Assembly: GCA_965203005.1 (NCBI GenBank)
Contig: CBDBBS010000003.1
Span: 4,783 to 68,782, forward strand
DNA from: Dehalococcoidia bacterium
GTDB taxonomy: Bacteria; Chloroflexota; Dehalococcoidia; Lucifugimonadales; UBA3495
Length of the DNA stretch: 64,000 nt
Direction: 5' to 3'
Shown: piece by piece, positions 47,858-57,081 of the stretch
How positions within the stretch are numbered: the first letter of the stretch is position 1
How the letters are laid out: each line of letters opens with the position of its first letter
Position numbers and translations under genes: made by a program
Notes under the pieces: generated by a model
What the model was told of the DNA's origin: nothing
Seen by the model: only the letters and a program-made list of their open reading frames with translations
The model's database searches: none

Positions 47858-48148
47858 TCACAAGCCGAGCTCGCTCCGGTTTGCGTAGGTGATGTTCGGA
47901 TCGTGGTCAATGCCGGACTGCTCTAAGAGGTCGCGCATATCGCTGCTGAACTGGTTGAGCTCTCGCGGGTCAAGTTCGGAGTTTTCGTCTTCGAGGACTA
48001 CGCGAACGTGAACGTAGTCTTCGTCGTCGGGTCCGGGGCGGTTCTGCGCGAACACGTCGTAGATGGCGGCTTCCGCGGGCAGGTACTTGGGCAGCTCCGC
48101 CCTGACGGCGCTGGTGATTTTTTCAAGCGTTTCGGGATTGGCGGTCAT
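47858..48148 (-). CDS. small hypothetical protein, paralogue of the C-domain of 46591-47328
   Basis: ITSAVRAELPKYLPAEAAIYDVFAQNRPGPDDEDYVHVRVVLED aligns with ITATVRNRLEKYVDVPISVDKVLAERKADTDGDPYTHINVLFTC. Confidence 0.5.
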   Translation of the reverse strand: MTANPETLEKITSAVRAELPKYLPAEAAIYDVFAQNRPGPDDEDYVHVRVVLEDENSELDPRELNQFSSDMRDLLEQSGIDHDPNITYANRSELGL

Positions 48149-48230
48149 GTTGCCTACCTCTCGGCCTGGGGTTTCGATTTGATGATATGGGGTTGGAAAC
48201 TGTTGGAGGTTTGGTAGGTGATGGTGGTTT

Positions 48231-49934
48231 TTGGTTGTTCATAGTCAGTCCGCGGCGTCGTTGCCGGGCTGTGCAGCGCGTAAATCGTGGCGCTGGTACC
48301 ATGTAGTCATGGTAAACCCAGAAGCACAAAGTGGGTTGTGTGAACAGTCGGGGTCGTCGGGGCAAGCGCGGCCGGCGACCTATCACACTCGGATCCTCGA
48401 TTACGTCGGCATGGACCGTTCCGAAGGCGACGCGGCGTTGTCGGCCTATGCCGCGCTCTACGGTCGTGTAGAGCGGAAGCTGTTTGCCGCGGTGGCGGCG
48501 GACCGGAGCGCGTCATCGCTGAAGAGTGAGTACCTGAAGCGGTACGGGATACCAGCGCGGATGTTCAACGGAGTGCGGGTGTCGCTGGAGGGGAAGATTG
48601 CGTCGGTCAAGGAGCAGCAGAAGCTGCGGGTGGATAACCTGGGCCGTCAGATTGCTCGGGCCCAGCGCCAGATTGCCGGCGCTGCCGAGCATGGGCGTTG
48701 GCAGCAGGTCCATCAGAAGCGTCGTCGGCTGGCGAACCTGCAATCCAGGCTGGCGGTGTTGGAAGACGATATTGAGCAGGGGCGAGTGCGACTGTGCTTC
48801 GGGTCGAAGCGGCTGTGGCACAAGCAGTACGATCTGGTGGCCAACGGCTACGGAAGCCGTCAGGAGTGGTTGGCGGACTGGCGGGATGCTCGCGGCGATG
48901 AGTTCTTCGTGTTGGGTAGCCGGGATGAGACCGGCGGCTGCCGGTAGTGCGTAGCCACGGTTGCCGATGACGGGACGCTGACGTTGCGGTTGCGGATGCC
49001 GGACTTCCTGGTTGCTGAACATGGTAAGTATGTGACCATTGAGGGCGTTCACTTCAACCACGGTCACGAGCAGGTGCTGGGGGCGTTGGAGAGCAATGGC
49101 GAGTACGCCCGTTACCGGCGGGAGCATGGCGAGAAGGCGGCGAGAGCCAGTGAGTTGGGCCAGGCCGTCAGCTACCGGTTCAAGCGGGACGGCAAGGGCT
49201 GGCGGGTATTCGCCACTACCGCGATGATGTATGTGCCGTTGGTGACTGATAAACGTGGCGGCGCCATCGGCGTGGATCTGAACGCGGACCATCTGGCGGT
49301 GTGCGAGACTGACGCCAGCGGGAACTACATCCATGCCTTCAGCGTGTCTATGGTGACCTACGGCAAGTCCCGGCATCAGGCCGAGGCCATCATCGGCGAC
49401 GCGGTGGCCAGCGTGGTGGCCTACGCCCGCTGCGCAGGCAAACCCATCGTCATGGAGAAGCTGGACTTCCGGCAGAAGAAGGCGGTCCTGGAGGGCGAGT
49501 CCCGGCGGTACAGCCGGATGCTGTCCAGTTTCAGCTACGGCAAGATCAAAGAGTATTTCATCTCGCGCGGCCACCGCCAGGGCGTGGAAGTGCATCTGGT
49601 GAACCCGGCCTTCAGTTCGGTGATCGGCCGGGCCAAATTCATGGAACGTTACGGGCTCAGCGTCCACCAGGCGGCTGCTCTGGTGCTGGCCCGGCGTTTG
49701 CTCGGCTGTTCCGAGCGCATTCCGCGCCGGCGGGTCTGTCCCGTCGGCAATGGCGTTCAGGTCGCCTTCACCGTACCTGCAAGGAAGCGAGTGAAGCACG
49801 TGTGGACGTACTGGGGCGCGATCTTGGGCCAGCTGAGACCGGCGCTTGCAGCGCAACACCGGCTGGGGAGGCGGCGACGCGGACCCAATCCGGTTCAGGC
49901 TGCCCTGCGGGGGAAACTCCGCGGGGTGGCTTGA
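48231..49934 (+). pseudogene. Long TnpB-like (OrfB_IS605-like, no Zn ribbon), copy B, with an in-frame TAG
   Basis: ORFs 48231-48947 and 48984-49934 share a frame, separated by TAG at 48945-48947 (copy A has CTG there). Motifs GVDLNADHLAV, VMEKLDF, VNPAFSSVIG, SVHQAAALVLARR. Confidence 0.8.
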
Positions 49935-50008
49935 ACGGGGATCAGATCGGTGTTCCTTGGTGAGATTCCAAGGCGGAGTCGCCTGCACTGTTGGGGCGGC
50001 GGCGCGGC

Positions 50009-50725
50009 TCAGACCGCGTCCTCAGGAATGGCTGACGGCAGTTGGTAACTGAAGTCAACCATTTTCACAACGGTGAAGTCCGCTGGGTCCAATTGGTACC
50101 AGTAAACGTCGGGGCCGCGCAGTTCGGCCTCGATCTCTTGGACGTTATGTACGCTGGCGACGACGGCGTGGCAGGTGTGGCCAGTCAAGCTGTGCAGCAG
50201 CTCGGCGTTGCGGCGGGCTCGCGTTGTATCGCGCTTGTCTGCGGTGTAGGAGGCTTCCACGGCGATGTAGCGAGTCTCGCCGTCAGGGTTGGTGGTGATC
50301 AGCACCAAATCGGCCCGAATGAAACTCTGCCAATCGCCGGCGGATGAGATGTTGCGGCCTACGGGTCCGATCAGCTGGCGCAGTTGTTGGCGGGAGAGGC
50401 TGTCCTGGAATTCAAGGCCGAGCAGTTCGGGGATCTCGCCGAAGTGTGCGGCGACCACGTAACGGGCGGTGTTGCCCTTCAGCTCGCCGATGGAATTGTC
50501 GATGCGCTTCAGGGAGGATTCGATACGGTCGTTGAACTGACGCTGTTCCTCGTTGAACTGCTCCTGCTTGGCGATGAATTGGTCAACCCGGTCGACGAAC
50601 GCGTTGAACCTGGTGGGCAGTTCCAGGAGCTCGTTGGTCAGGATGAGGCGTCGGGCGGCTTGGTAGAAGTTCGCGTCCTCTTCGAGCAGCCTGAGCAGGT
50701 CGTCGCTGGTGTTGATCGTGGTCAT
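50009..50725 (-). CDS. Coiled-coil + PD-(D/E)xK-like protein (DUF3782-like)
   Basis: N-terminal heptad-rich FNAFVDRVDQFIAKQEQFNEEQRQFNDRIE; C-terminal ADLVLITTNPDGETRYIAVEASYT. The last ~9 codons lie in the right end of the TnpB-like element. Confidence 0.5.
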   Translation of the reverse strand: MTTINTSDDLLRLLEEDANFYQAARRLILTNELLELPTRFNAFVDRVDQFIAKQEQFNEEQRQFNDRIESSLKRIDNSIGELKGNTARYVVAAHFGEIPELLGLEFQDSLSRQQLRQLIGPVGRNISSAGDWQSFIRADLVLITTNPDGETRYIAVEASYTADKRDTTRARRNAELLHSLTGHTCHAVVASVHNVQEIEAELRGPDVYWYQLDPADFTVVKMVDFSYQLPSAIPEDAV

Positions 50726-51508
50726 CCTGGCCTCTCCGTTGGCGTTCCATTCTATATCAACCGCGTTGGTTGCACGAGGTTCGTTGACTGCAGGCTGGGA
50801 TGGTCACGAAACTCTGGGTTTACGAGTGCTCGGCCCTCCGGAGGCCGGCATGCCTCAGCGGGTCTCCAAGTGTCCGTAGATTGAAGTGCTCTGCTGGGTC
50901 ATTCACTACTTCAGCTCATTCTGTTGAGTAGCGAAATCGCCTAACCTCTATGTCGTCCCAGTTGCCAGCATCAGGGAAGCCGGCATGGACGTTTTCGAGA
51001 CCTCTGAATCCGGTGGACCGGGCCACTGCGACATCACTGGCGCCAAGACCATCCGGCGACGAGCGAAGCAACGCCTCATGGCGGAAGTCCTCTGGGTCCG
51101 CGGGCACAGTCCGCCCGGAGCACCCGAGGACCGGATAATAGACGTGCCTTCGCCTCGCATTTGTTGAGTCCGTGGACCGCAAAAAATTCGCCTAAGGGTC
51201 GGATTTGGCGCGTTTCTGATGAATTTGCAACGGTTCTTCCCAAGACGCTATTCCGACCACGACGTTGCCTGGAAATCAGCAAATGCCCGGGAAATTTGAG
51301 CTGCTGGTCCGATTACGAATATGTCGGAGCGTTGGCCAGACTCTGACGCGGTGCCCCCCGATCTGGAGTAGCGAAATTTTCTCGTTATGGACGTCTGGAC
51401 TGCGTCGCAGCGTCGGGAGCGACGCGCGTCGGCACGGATGCCAGCCCGATCATCGGTACAGCGGTAGCAATGACCATATGTACATCCGTACCGACGTACA
51501 TCCATGCG

Positions 51509-51718
51509 TTATCCCCGTTCACTGAGAAACCCCTCAAGGGCCGTTATCACCAGCGTGGTCATGTTGGTGCCTTCTTGCGCTGCCATCACGCGCAACTGCC
51601 GGTGCATGTCCGCCGGTATGAGGCAGTGCAACTGCGCCGTGTCCGCCGCCGCGGCCTGGTTTACGAAGGCTTCCCGACGATCTTCCCGCCGCCGGTTGGG
51701 TCTGCTATGCATCGTCAT
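51509..51718 (-). CDS. Ribbon-helix-helix protein (ParG/CopG-like partition or repressor protein)
   Basis: 69 aa; LHCLIPADMHRQLRVMAAQEGTNMTTLVITALEGFL. Overlaps the parA stop. Confidence 0.6.
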   Translation of the reverse strand: MTMHSRPNRRREDRREAFVNQAAAADTAQLHCLIPADMHRQLRVMAAQEGTNMTTLVITALEGFLSERG

Positions 51719-52349
51719 GGAAAAACCTCTCCAGCTCGCCGCGTATGGCCAGTATTTCGTTTCGCGCGGTCTGGTCCCGACCTTCCAGCACCGACTTGCC
51801 CTCGATGACCGCCTGGGGGTACGCGACTCGCTCGGTGGTGCGGGCCTGTAGCGCCGGCAGGCCGTATTCGGCCAGGGCGGCGTCGATCTGCCGGCCCAGG
51901 CGAGTGCGGGGGCGGGTCATGGTGATCACGAAGGCCGCTACCGGCTTCCCCTTGGCGGTTTTCTGCCGGGCCTTCACCGCTTCCACGATGTCCGAGGCGG
52001 CCCATACGTCGAAGGGACTGGCCTTGGCCGGTATCAGGACCAGGTCAGCTGCCCGCACGGCGTCGGCGCTGGTCCTGGAGATGCCGGGCGGCCCGTCAAT
52101 GATCACCCAGCCGTAGTCGGATGCTGAACTGCGCACTTCCTGGATCAGCCGGTTCGGCTCCGCGCCTTTCACCTCGAGATTCATCAGAGGAGGTTGCAGT
52201 TGGCTGTCAGCCCAGTCCTGGGCGCTGCCCTGGGGGTCGGCGTCCAACAGCAGGACCGAAGCTGTTTCCGCGAATGCCCAGGCCAAATTGGTTGAAAGGG
52301 TCGTCTTGCCAGTTCCCCCTTTCTGATTGACGATGGCGATGATCGGCAT
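51705..52349 (-). CDS. parA: ParA-family partition ATPase
   Basis: Start ATG 52349. Deviant Walker A IVNQKGGTGKTTLSTNLA; LLLDADPQGS. Confidence 0.9.
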   Translation of the reverse strand: MPIIAIVNQKGGTGKTTLSTNLAWAFAETASVLLLDADPQGSAQDWADSQLQPPLMNLEVKGAEPNRLIQEVRSSASDYGWVIIDGPPGISRTSADAVRAADLVLIPAKASPFDVWAASDIVEAVKARQKTAKGKPVAAFVITMTRPRTRLGRQIDAALAEYGLPALQARTTERVAYPQAVIEGKSVLEGRDQTARNEILAIRGELERFFHDDA

Positions 52350-52608
52350 GGCCTCGCTCCAAATGTACATCGGTACATACTGACAACTGTGCGTGTGTCC
52401 AAAAGTACAGCCGCACTGCAATCATACCGGCAGATATATTGCTGTGGAAAGAGTACGGAGGGCGTGATTCGACGAATATCCTCGCGAGTAGTTGAGAGGA
52501 GCCCAGCTGGGTGACTTCCCACAAAGGTCGGCTTTAGGCTTCACATGCAACGCTGGAATGATTGTGGCATGATTAGCGAGATGATGGAACGATTATGCGG
52601 AGATTGTC

Positions 52609-53772
52609 ATGACGGCGGAAAAAGCCCCCGGTGACCGATCTCGCCGTAACCCTCGGCTCGGTCGACCGACCTACATCCACGAACTCGATGACTGGCCAAA
52701 CTTCCGGTGGGATCCGGAAGCCATCACCCAGCCATTGGTTCGAGCCAGCCGCCGGCAGGCGGAAGTCGTGGGCAACGCCTTCGCACTGGGAGGGCTGGCA
52801 GCCACTGAGGCGTCCGTACGAAACCTCACCGACTCGGCGGTGGCCAGCAGCCGTATCGAGGGGGAAAATCCAGACCCGAACTCTATTGGAGCGTCCATCC
52901 GGCGGCGTATCATGGTCGAGTCCCGCCTCGCCATCCAGGGCGAACATGATGAGCCGGGCATCGCAGCCGTGACGGCTGATGCGGCCACCAACTACGCCAC
53001 TCCCCTGATAACTGATCGCCTGCACCAATGGCACCGCCTGCTATTCCCTGTGCCGGACACCGAAGGGATCTCGGTCGGCCGGTGGCGCGATGACCGAGTG
53101 GGTCCCATGCAGGTTGTCTCCAGCGGCCCAATGGGCCGGACTCCAGTCGTCCATTTTGAAGCTCCGCCGGCCCATCGGCTCAACGGCGAAATGAACCGGT
53201 TTCTCGACTGGTTCAACCAGCCGGATGACGAGCCCGACCTCCGCAAACCCGCCGTTGCTCACCTGTGGTTCGTGACCATCCATCCCTACGATGATGGCAA
53301 CGGCCGCATCGCCCGCGCCATCACGGACCTGGCATTGGCCAGATGCGACCGCACTCCGATGCGCTTTTACAGTATGTCGGCCGAGATCATGCGCCAGCGC
53401 GGCGACTACTATCGGATTCTCGAGGACACCCAGTCCAGCACGATGGACATCACGGCGTGGATGATCTGGTTCTTCAACTGCCTGACGAGCGCCATGAACC
53501 ACGGCGAGAGGGCGGCCGACGCTGCCCAGAGCCGGGCCAAATTACAGGCCCGCGCCGCAACCGACGGCCTCAACGACCGACAGGTCAAGTTCATCGGTCT
53601 ACTGATCGACGGCTGGGTGGGCAACATCACGGCCGCACGCTACCAGCGGTTGAACCGGTGTTCCCGACAGACGGCGGTCCGGGACATTGATCGGCTGATG
53701 GAAATCGGCATCTTGGTGAGAAACCAGCCCGGCGGTCGGTCGACCTCTTACCGAGTCAACCAGCTCCCGTGA
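52609..53772 (+). CDS. Fic family protein (DUF4172 N-terminus)
   Basis: Fic motif HPYDDGNGRIARA. N-terminal YIHELDDWPNFRWD. Confidence 0.9.
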   Translation: MTAEKAPGDRSRRNPRLGRPTYIHELDDWPNFRWDPEAITQPLVRASRRQAEVVGNAFALGGLAATEASVRNLTDSAVASSRIEGENPDPNSIGASIRRRIMVESRLAIQGEHDEPGIAAVTADAATNYATPLITDRLHQWHRLLFPVPDTEGISVGRWRDDRVGPMQVVSSGPMGRTPVVHFEAPPAHRLNGEMNRFLDWFNQPDDEPDLRKPAVAHLWFVTIHPYDDGNGRIARAITDLALARCDRTPMRFYSMSAEIMRQRGDYYRILEDTQSSTMDITAWMIWFFNCLTSAMNHGERAADAAQSRAKLQARAATDGLNDRQVKFIGLLIDGWVGNITAARYQRLNRCSRQTAVRDIDRLMEIGILVRNQPGGRSTSYRVNQLP

Positions 53773-53890
53773 ACAGCGCGATGTCGGGGGAGCGGTCCGA
53801 TCAGAGAGGACTTCGGGAATCGGACCAGTTGTTCCGCGATGTCGCTGAGCCGTATTGTCCCGACAACAACCTTAGTGGTGACTGAGCACC

Positions 53891-54277
53891 ATGAATACCA
53901 TCGAAGTCCGCCTCTTCCCAGACGACCCACAACGCGTCGACGAGATCCTTGCCCTCAGCGCCCAGATCACCGTCTCACGCCTGAGCCGGTTCAGCTTATC
54001 CCTTGCTGTGCGCACCTCCGAGAACCTCCGTGTCTTCACCATGTTCACCGAACCTGCGACAACACCGCTCGATGTCTGGAGGGTAGATCCGTCCGACGAC
54101 ATCATCACCTCCGATCCCCTCATCCACCACGAAAATGCCTCCATCCACCTCGAGAACTTGGCTCCGTACTGCTACTGGATTGCGATACGCCTGCCCCACC
54201 ACACCGGCGAAGACGAGATCCACATCGACTTCCTGGCAGACGAATCCTCTGTCATACGCCTCACCGAAGATCCATGA
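53891..54277 (+). CDS. hypothetical protein (128 aa)
   Basis: ATG ORF downstream of fic; no motif recognised. Confidence 0.35.
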   Translation: MNTIEVRLFPDDPQRVDEILALSAQITVSRLSRFSLSLAVRTSENLRVFTMFTEPATTPLDVWRVDPSDDIITSDPLIHHENASIHLENLAPYCYWIAIRLPHHTGEDEIHIDFLADESSVIRLTEDP

Positions 54278-54379
54278 ATAGCACTATGCCGACCCACTGG
54301 AGATTCGGTCGGGAACCCCGGTTGATGGAGTGGGAGGTTATACTCCGGGCCAGCTGAGATAGCGGAGCGAAGCAAGACC

Positions 54380-54825
54380 ATGCTGGGTGAGCGACCCGAC
54401 CAGAGGAGGCTTTGGGAGGCGGACCAGTTGACCTGTACCTGGTGGGCAAGGACACGTTCTATGGGCTGCTGGCGTCATTGCGGGGCCAGTTGTTTCTCGA
54501 CGCCGACTTCGCCGAGTTGTACTGCCTGGACAATGCCGGGTCAGCGTGCCGCCCAGTCTCTTGGCCACGGCGCTGCTGTTGCAGACCCACGACAAGGCTC
54601 GGGCCGATTTCGACATCCGGTGGAAGGTGGCGTTGGGGATTGAGATCGAGGATCGACCTTTTGCCAAGAGCACGCTGCAGGTGTTCCGAGCGCAGTTGAT
54701 CCTGCACGACAAGGTGCGGGAAGTGTTCGAGCAGAGCCTGCGGCTGGCTCGAGAGAGAGGCTACCTGAAGGGGAAGCGTGGGATGCGGGTGGCAATGGAC
54801 ACGACGTACATTCTGGGACGTGGTG
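54380..54825 (+). pseudogene. IS5/IS1182-family transposase N-terminal (DUF772) fragment, frameshifted and truncated
   Basis: FYGLLASLRGQLF..., then a frameshift, then VPPSLLATALLLQTHDKARADFDIRWKVALGIEIEDRPFAKSTLQVFRAQL. Ends at the junction with the TnpB 3' fragment. Confidence 0.6.
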
Positions 54826-55098
54826 CGGTGAACGCAGCGCTGGGCCGGGAACCCATGTGGTCCTGTCCCAATTGCGGCGTCATTCACGACCGCAACGAGA
54901 ACGCAGCTCGCAATCTGGGTAAACTTGCGCTACTCGCGGTAGGCGAGGATGTAATGCTCCTGGACGGGGGAGCGCTGGCTGGCGGTGATGCCATCGCCGG
55001 TGAAACTGCCCCGGATGAAGGGAGAACCAAGCCAGTGGCAACGAGTTACGGACAGCTCAGGCTGGCTCTGTAACCATTGTTACTCATTTGGAATACCC
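54825..55098 (+). ncRNA. Orphan IS607-type tnpB 3' end / right end (putative omega-RNA scaffold), copy 3
   Basis: Encodes only ...VNAALGREPMWSCPNCGVIHDRNENAARNLGKLALLAVGEDVMLLDGG... Ends TAACCATTGTTACTCATTTGGAATACCC at 55098. One variable block relative to copies 1 and 2. Confidence 0.4.
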
Positions 55099-56611
55099 AT
55101 CAGGCGAAGGACTCCAGTTGAACACACGCCAACATAGCCAATTCCCGGCCGCCCTGATTGACGACCTGCACCGGCTCAACCCTTGGTGGTCCGGCATCCA
55201 GCCCCCGGCCACGCCAGCCACCCGCCGACACCTGGTCCAACGGGTACGACGACGACTCAACTCAGGTATCGCCCCCATCATCGCAGTACGCGGACCCCGC
55301 CAAGTCGGCAAGACTACCATCCAGCTGCAGATCATCACCGACCTGTTGGCCGAAGGCGTGCCGCCCAACAACATCATGCGAGTCCAGTTCGACGAGCTGG
55401 CTTCAACCGAAGGGCTGACCGACCCCATTCTGCGCATTGCAGACTGGCTGGAAGCCAACGTCGCCACCGACGCGTTCAATAACCTCGCCCACCAGGGCCA
55501 GACCGCCCACTTGTTCGTGGATGAAGTGCAGAACATCCCCGGCTGGAGCAACCAGCTCAAGTTCCTGGTGGACAGCACGTCCCTCAAGGTCCTGCTGACC
55601 GGCAGCTCCGCCCTCCGGATCGAACAGGGACAGGACAGCCTCGCTGGAAGAATACACACCGTCGAGGCCGCCGCCCTGTCGCTCAGCGAAATCGCCAAGT
55701 TCCGAGGATTCGATTGCGACACGCCGTTCCTGCCCGATAACGGCCTGGCCCACCTACTGCGGAAAGAGTTCTGGCAGGATCTCGCCCAGCACGGCCTGGA
55801 CCACGCCGAAGGCCGAGACGAAGCCTTCCGTCACTTCTCGGAGCGCGGCGGCTACCCTGTCGCACACAACCTGACCCGCACTGACTGGCCGCTGCTGGCC
55901 GACCAACTCAATGAGACCGTTATCCAACGGGTGCTGCAACGCGACATCACCGCAACACCCGGCGGCGAGGCTCACGACGCGGCGCTGCTCGACGCGCTCT
56001 TCAGGCTGGCGTGTCGGTACGCCGGACAGACGCCGTCGTACCAAAGGTTGGCCGAAGAAGCCCGCCTGGTGCTGGGACGCAACATCAGCACCCAACGGGC
56101 CGGAGAGTACCTGCAACTCCTGGCCGACACCATGCTCGTCAGACTGGTGAGGCCGCTGGAAGCCCGCCTCAGGCGCAGCCGCGGCAACGCCAAAATCTGC
56201 CTGGCCGACCACAGCCTGAGAGCCAGCTGGCTGCAGGAACTCATTCCCCTGGACACCGAGGCACTGGCGGTCAGCCCCGAACTCGCCACTATCGCGGGAC
56301 ACATCGCAGAAAGTGCTTTCGGCGCGACGGCGCTATCGATACCGGGCCTCGACATCGCCTACCAGCCGGAGCAGGGCAGCAACCAAGAGGTGGATTTCGT
56401 CCTCAACGTGGGCGACCGCCGAATCCCCATCGAGGTCAAGTACCAGCGCCGCATTGACCAGTTTCGCGACACCTTCGGCATCCGCTCCTTCATGGAACAG
56501 GCGGTGAACCGATCACCTTTCGGATTGCTCATCACCCAGACGGACACACCGCCTATGGACGACCCACGCGTCGTGGCCATGCCGCTCCCCACGTTCATGC
56601 TGCTCACGTAG
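55088..56611 (+). CDS. AAA_14 ATPase with DUF4143 domain
   Basis: Walker A VRGPRQVGKTT. The only in-frame start is TTG 55088, inside the IS right end, so the native N-terminus may have been replaced. Confidence 0.75.
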   Translation: MEYPSGEGLQLNTRQHSQFPAALIDDLHRLNPWWSGIQPPATPATRRHLVQRVRRRLNSGIAPIIAVRGPRQVGKTTIQLQIITDLLAEGVPPNNIMRVQFDELASTEGLTDPILRIADWLEANVATDAFNNLAHQGQTAHLFVDEVQNIPGWSNQLKFLVDSTSLKVLLTGSSALRIEQGQDSLAGRIHTVEAAALSLSEIAKFRGFDCDTPFLPDNGLAHLLRKEFWQDLAQHGLDHAEGRDEAFRHFSERGGYPVAHNLTRTDWPLLADQLNETVIQRVLQRDITATPGGEAHDAALLDALFRLACRYAGQTPSYQRLAEEARLVLGRNISTQRAGEYLQLLADTMLVRLVRPLEARLRRSRGNAKICLADHSLRASWLQELIPLDTEALAVSPELATIAGHIAESAFGATALSIPGLDIAYQPEQGSNQEVDFVLNVGDRRIPIEVKYQRRIDQFRDTFGIRSFMEQAVNRSPFGLLITQTDTPPMDDPRVVAMPLPTFMLLT

Positions 56612-56805
56612 CTGTCGCACATGAGGCAATAGGAATCGGCAACAATGGTTGACGCGGGACAATACCTGCCTGTCAAGGCGGTGAGCACGGATTCGACGGA
56701 CATTCATGTGGACACGCGATTTACTTGGTCGTCATTTGCAGCGTCGGGACGGCGTGAGCACGCCGATTAGCAGTTTCATGCTCCGGATTTGCTTGCACGT
56801 TGTTT

Positions 56806-56892
56806 GCAACTGGAGAGCTCGGCCCTCCAGTTGGGGAGCTCCCCGGCGAAAGTGGAGGGCTCCCCCGTGAAAGTTGGGGAGCTCGGGTCCCG
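56806..56892 (+). repeat. Four ~21-bp direct repeats with GRGCTC cores
   Basis: Cores at 56815, 56836, 56857, 56879 (aaagtTGGGGAGCTCCCCg type). Followed by hairpin GTGTAAGGTT-N8-AACCTTACAC at 56927-56954. Confidence 0.7.
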
Positions 56893-57081
56893 AGAAGGTC
56901 AGGAGTCTTACATGCCACCGCTCGAAGTGTAAGGTTTCGCCCCGAACCTTACACTCGGAGTAATTTAGGTCAGGGTCTTCGCCATTCGCTCCAGGCGCGC
57001 GTCGCTGATGATGTCGGTCAGGCGGGTCCGCGAAAAAGGGCAGTCGCGCCGGTACTTCCGGACGATGGCCGACAAGGTTCC

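Noticed and set aside
50925-51376. 12-mer GAGTAGCGAAAT shared at 50927 and 51366, with loose resemblance to the TTTTGAGTAGGA motif of the iteron blocks
   Set aside because: By a rough estimate, tens to hundreds of exact 12-mer coincidences are expected by chance in 64 kb on both strands. The flanks do not align, so it is not treated as a feature.
50726-51508. 780-bp gap with only weak ORFs (for example 50916-51182), examined for ncRNA or a hidden gene
   Set aside because: No convincing stem-loops, repeats or protein motifs were found. It may hold decayed coding sequence and the par-locus centromere. Left unannotated apart from the motif at 51478-51503.
56965-57081. 38-codon ORF end (…LSAIVRKYRRDCPFSRTRLTDIISDARLERMAKTLT*) abutting the right end of TnpB copy B
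   Set aside because: It is probably the 3' remnant of a gene cut by the insertion. I could not find the matching 5' part beyond 58452 or assign a family.
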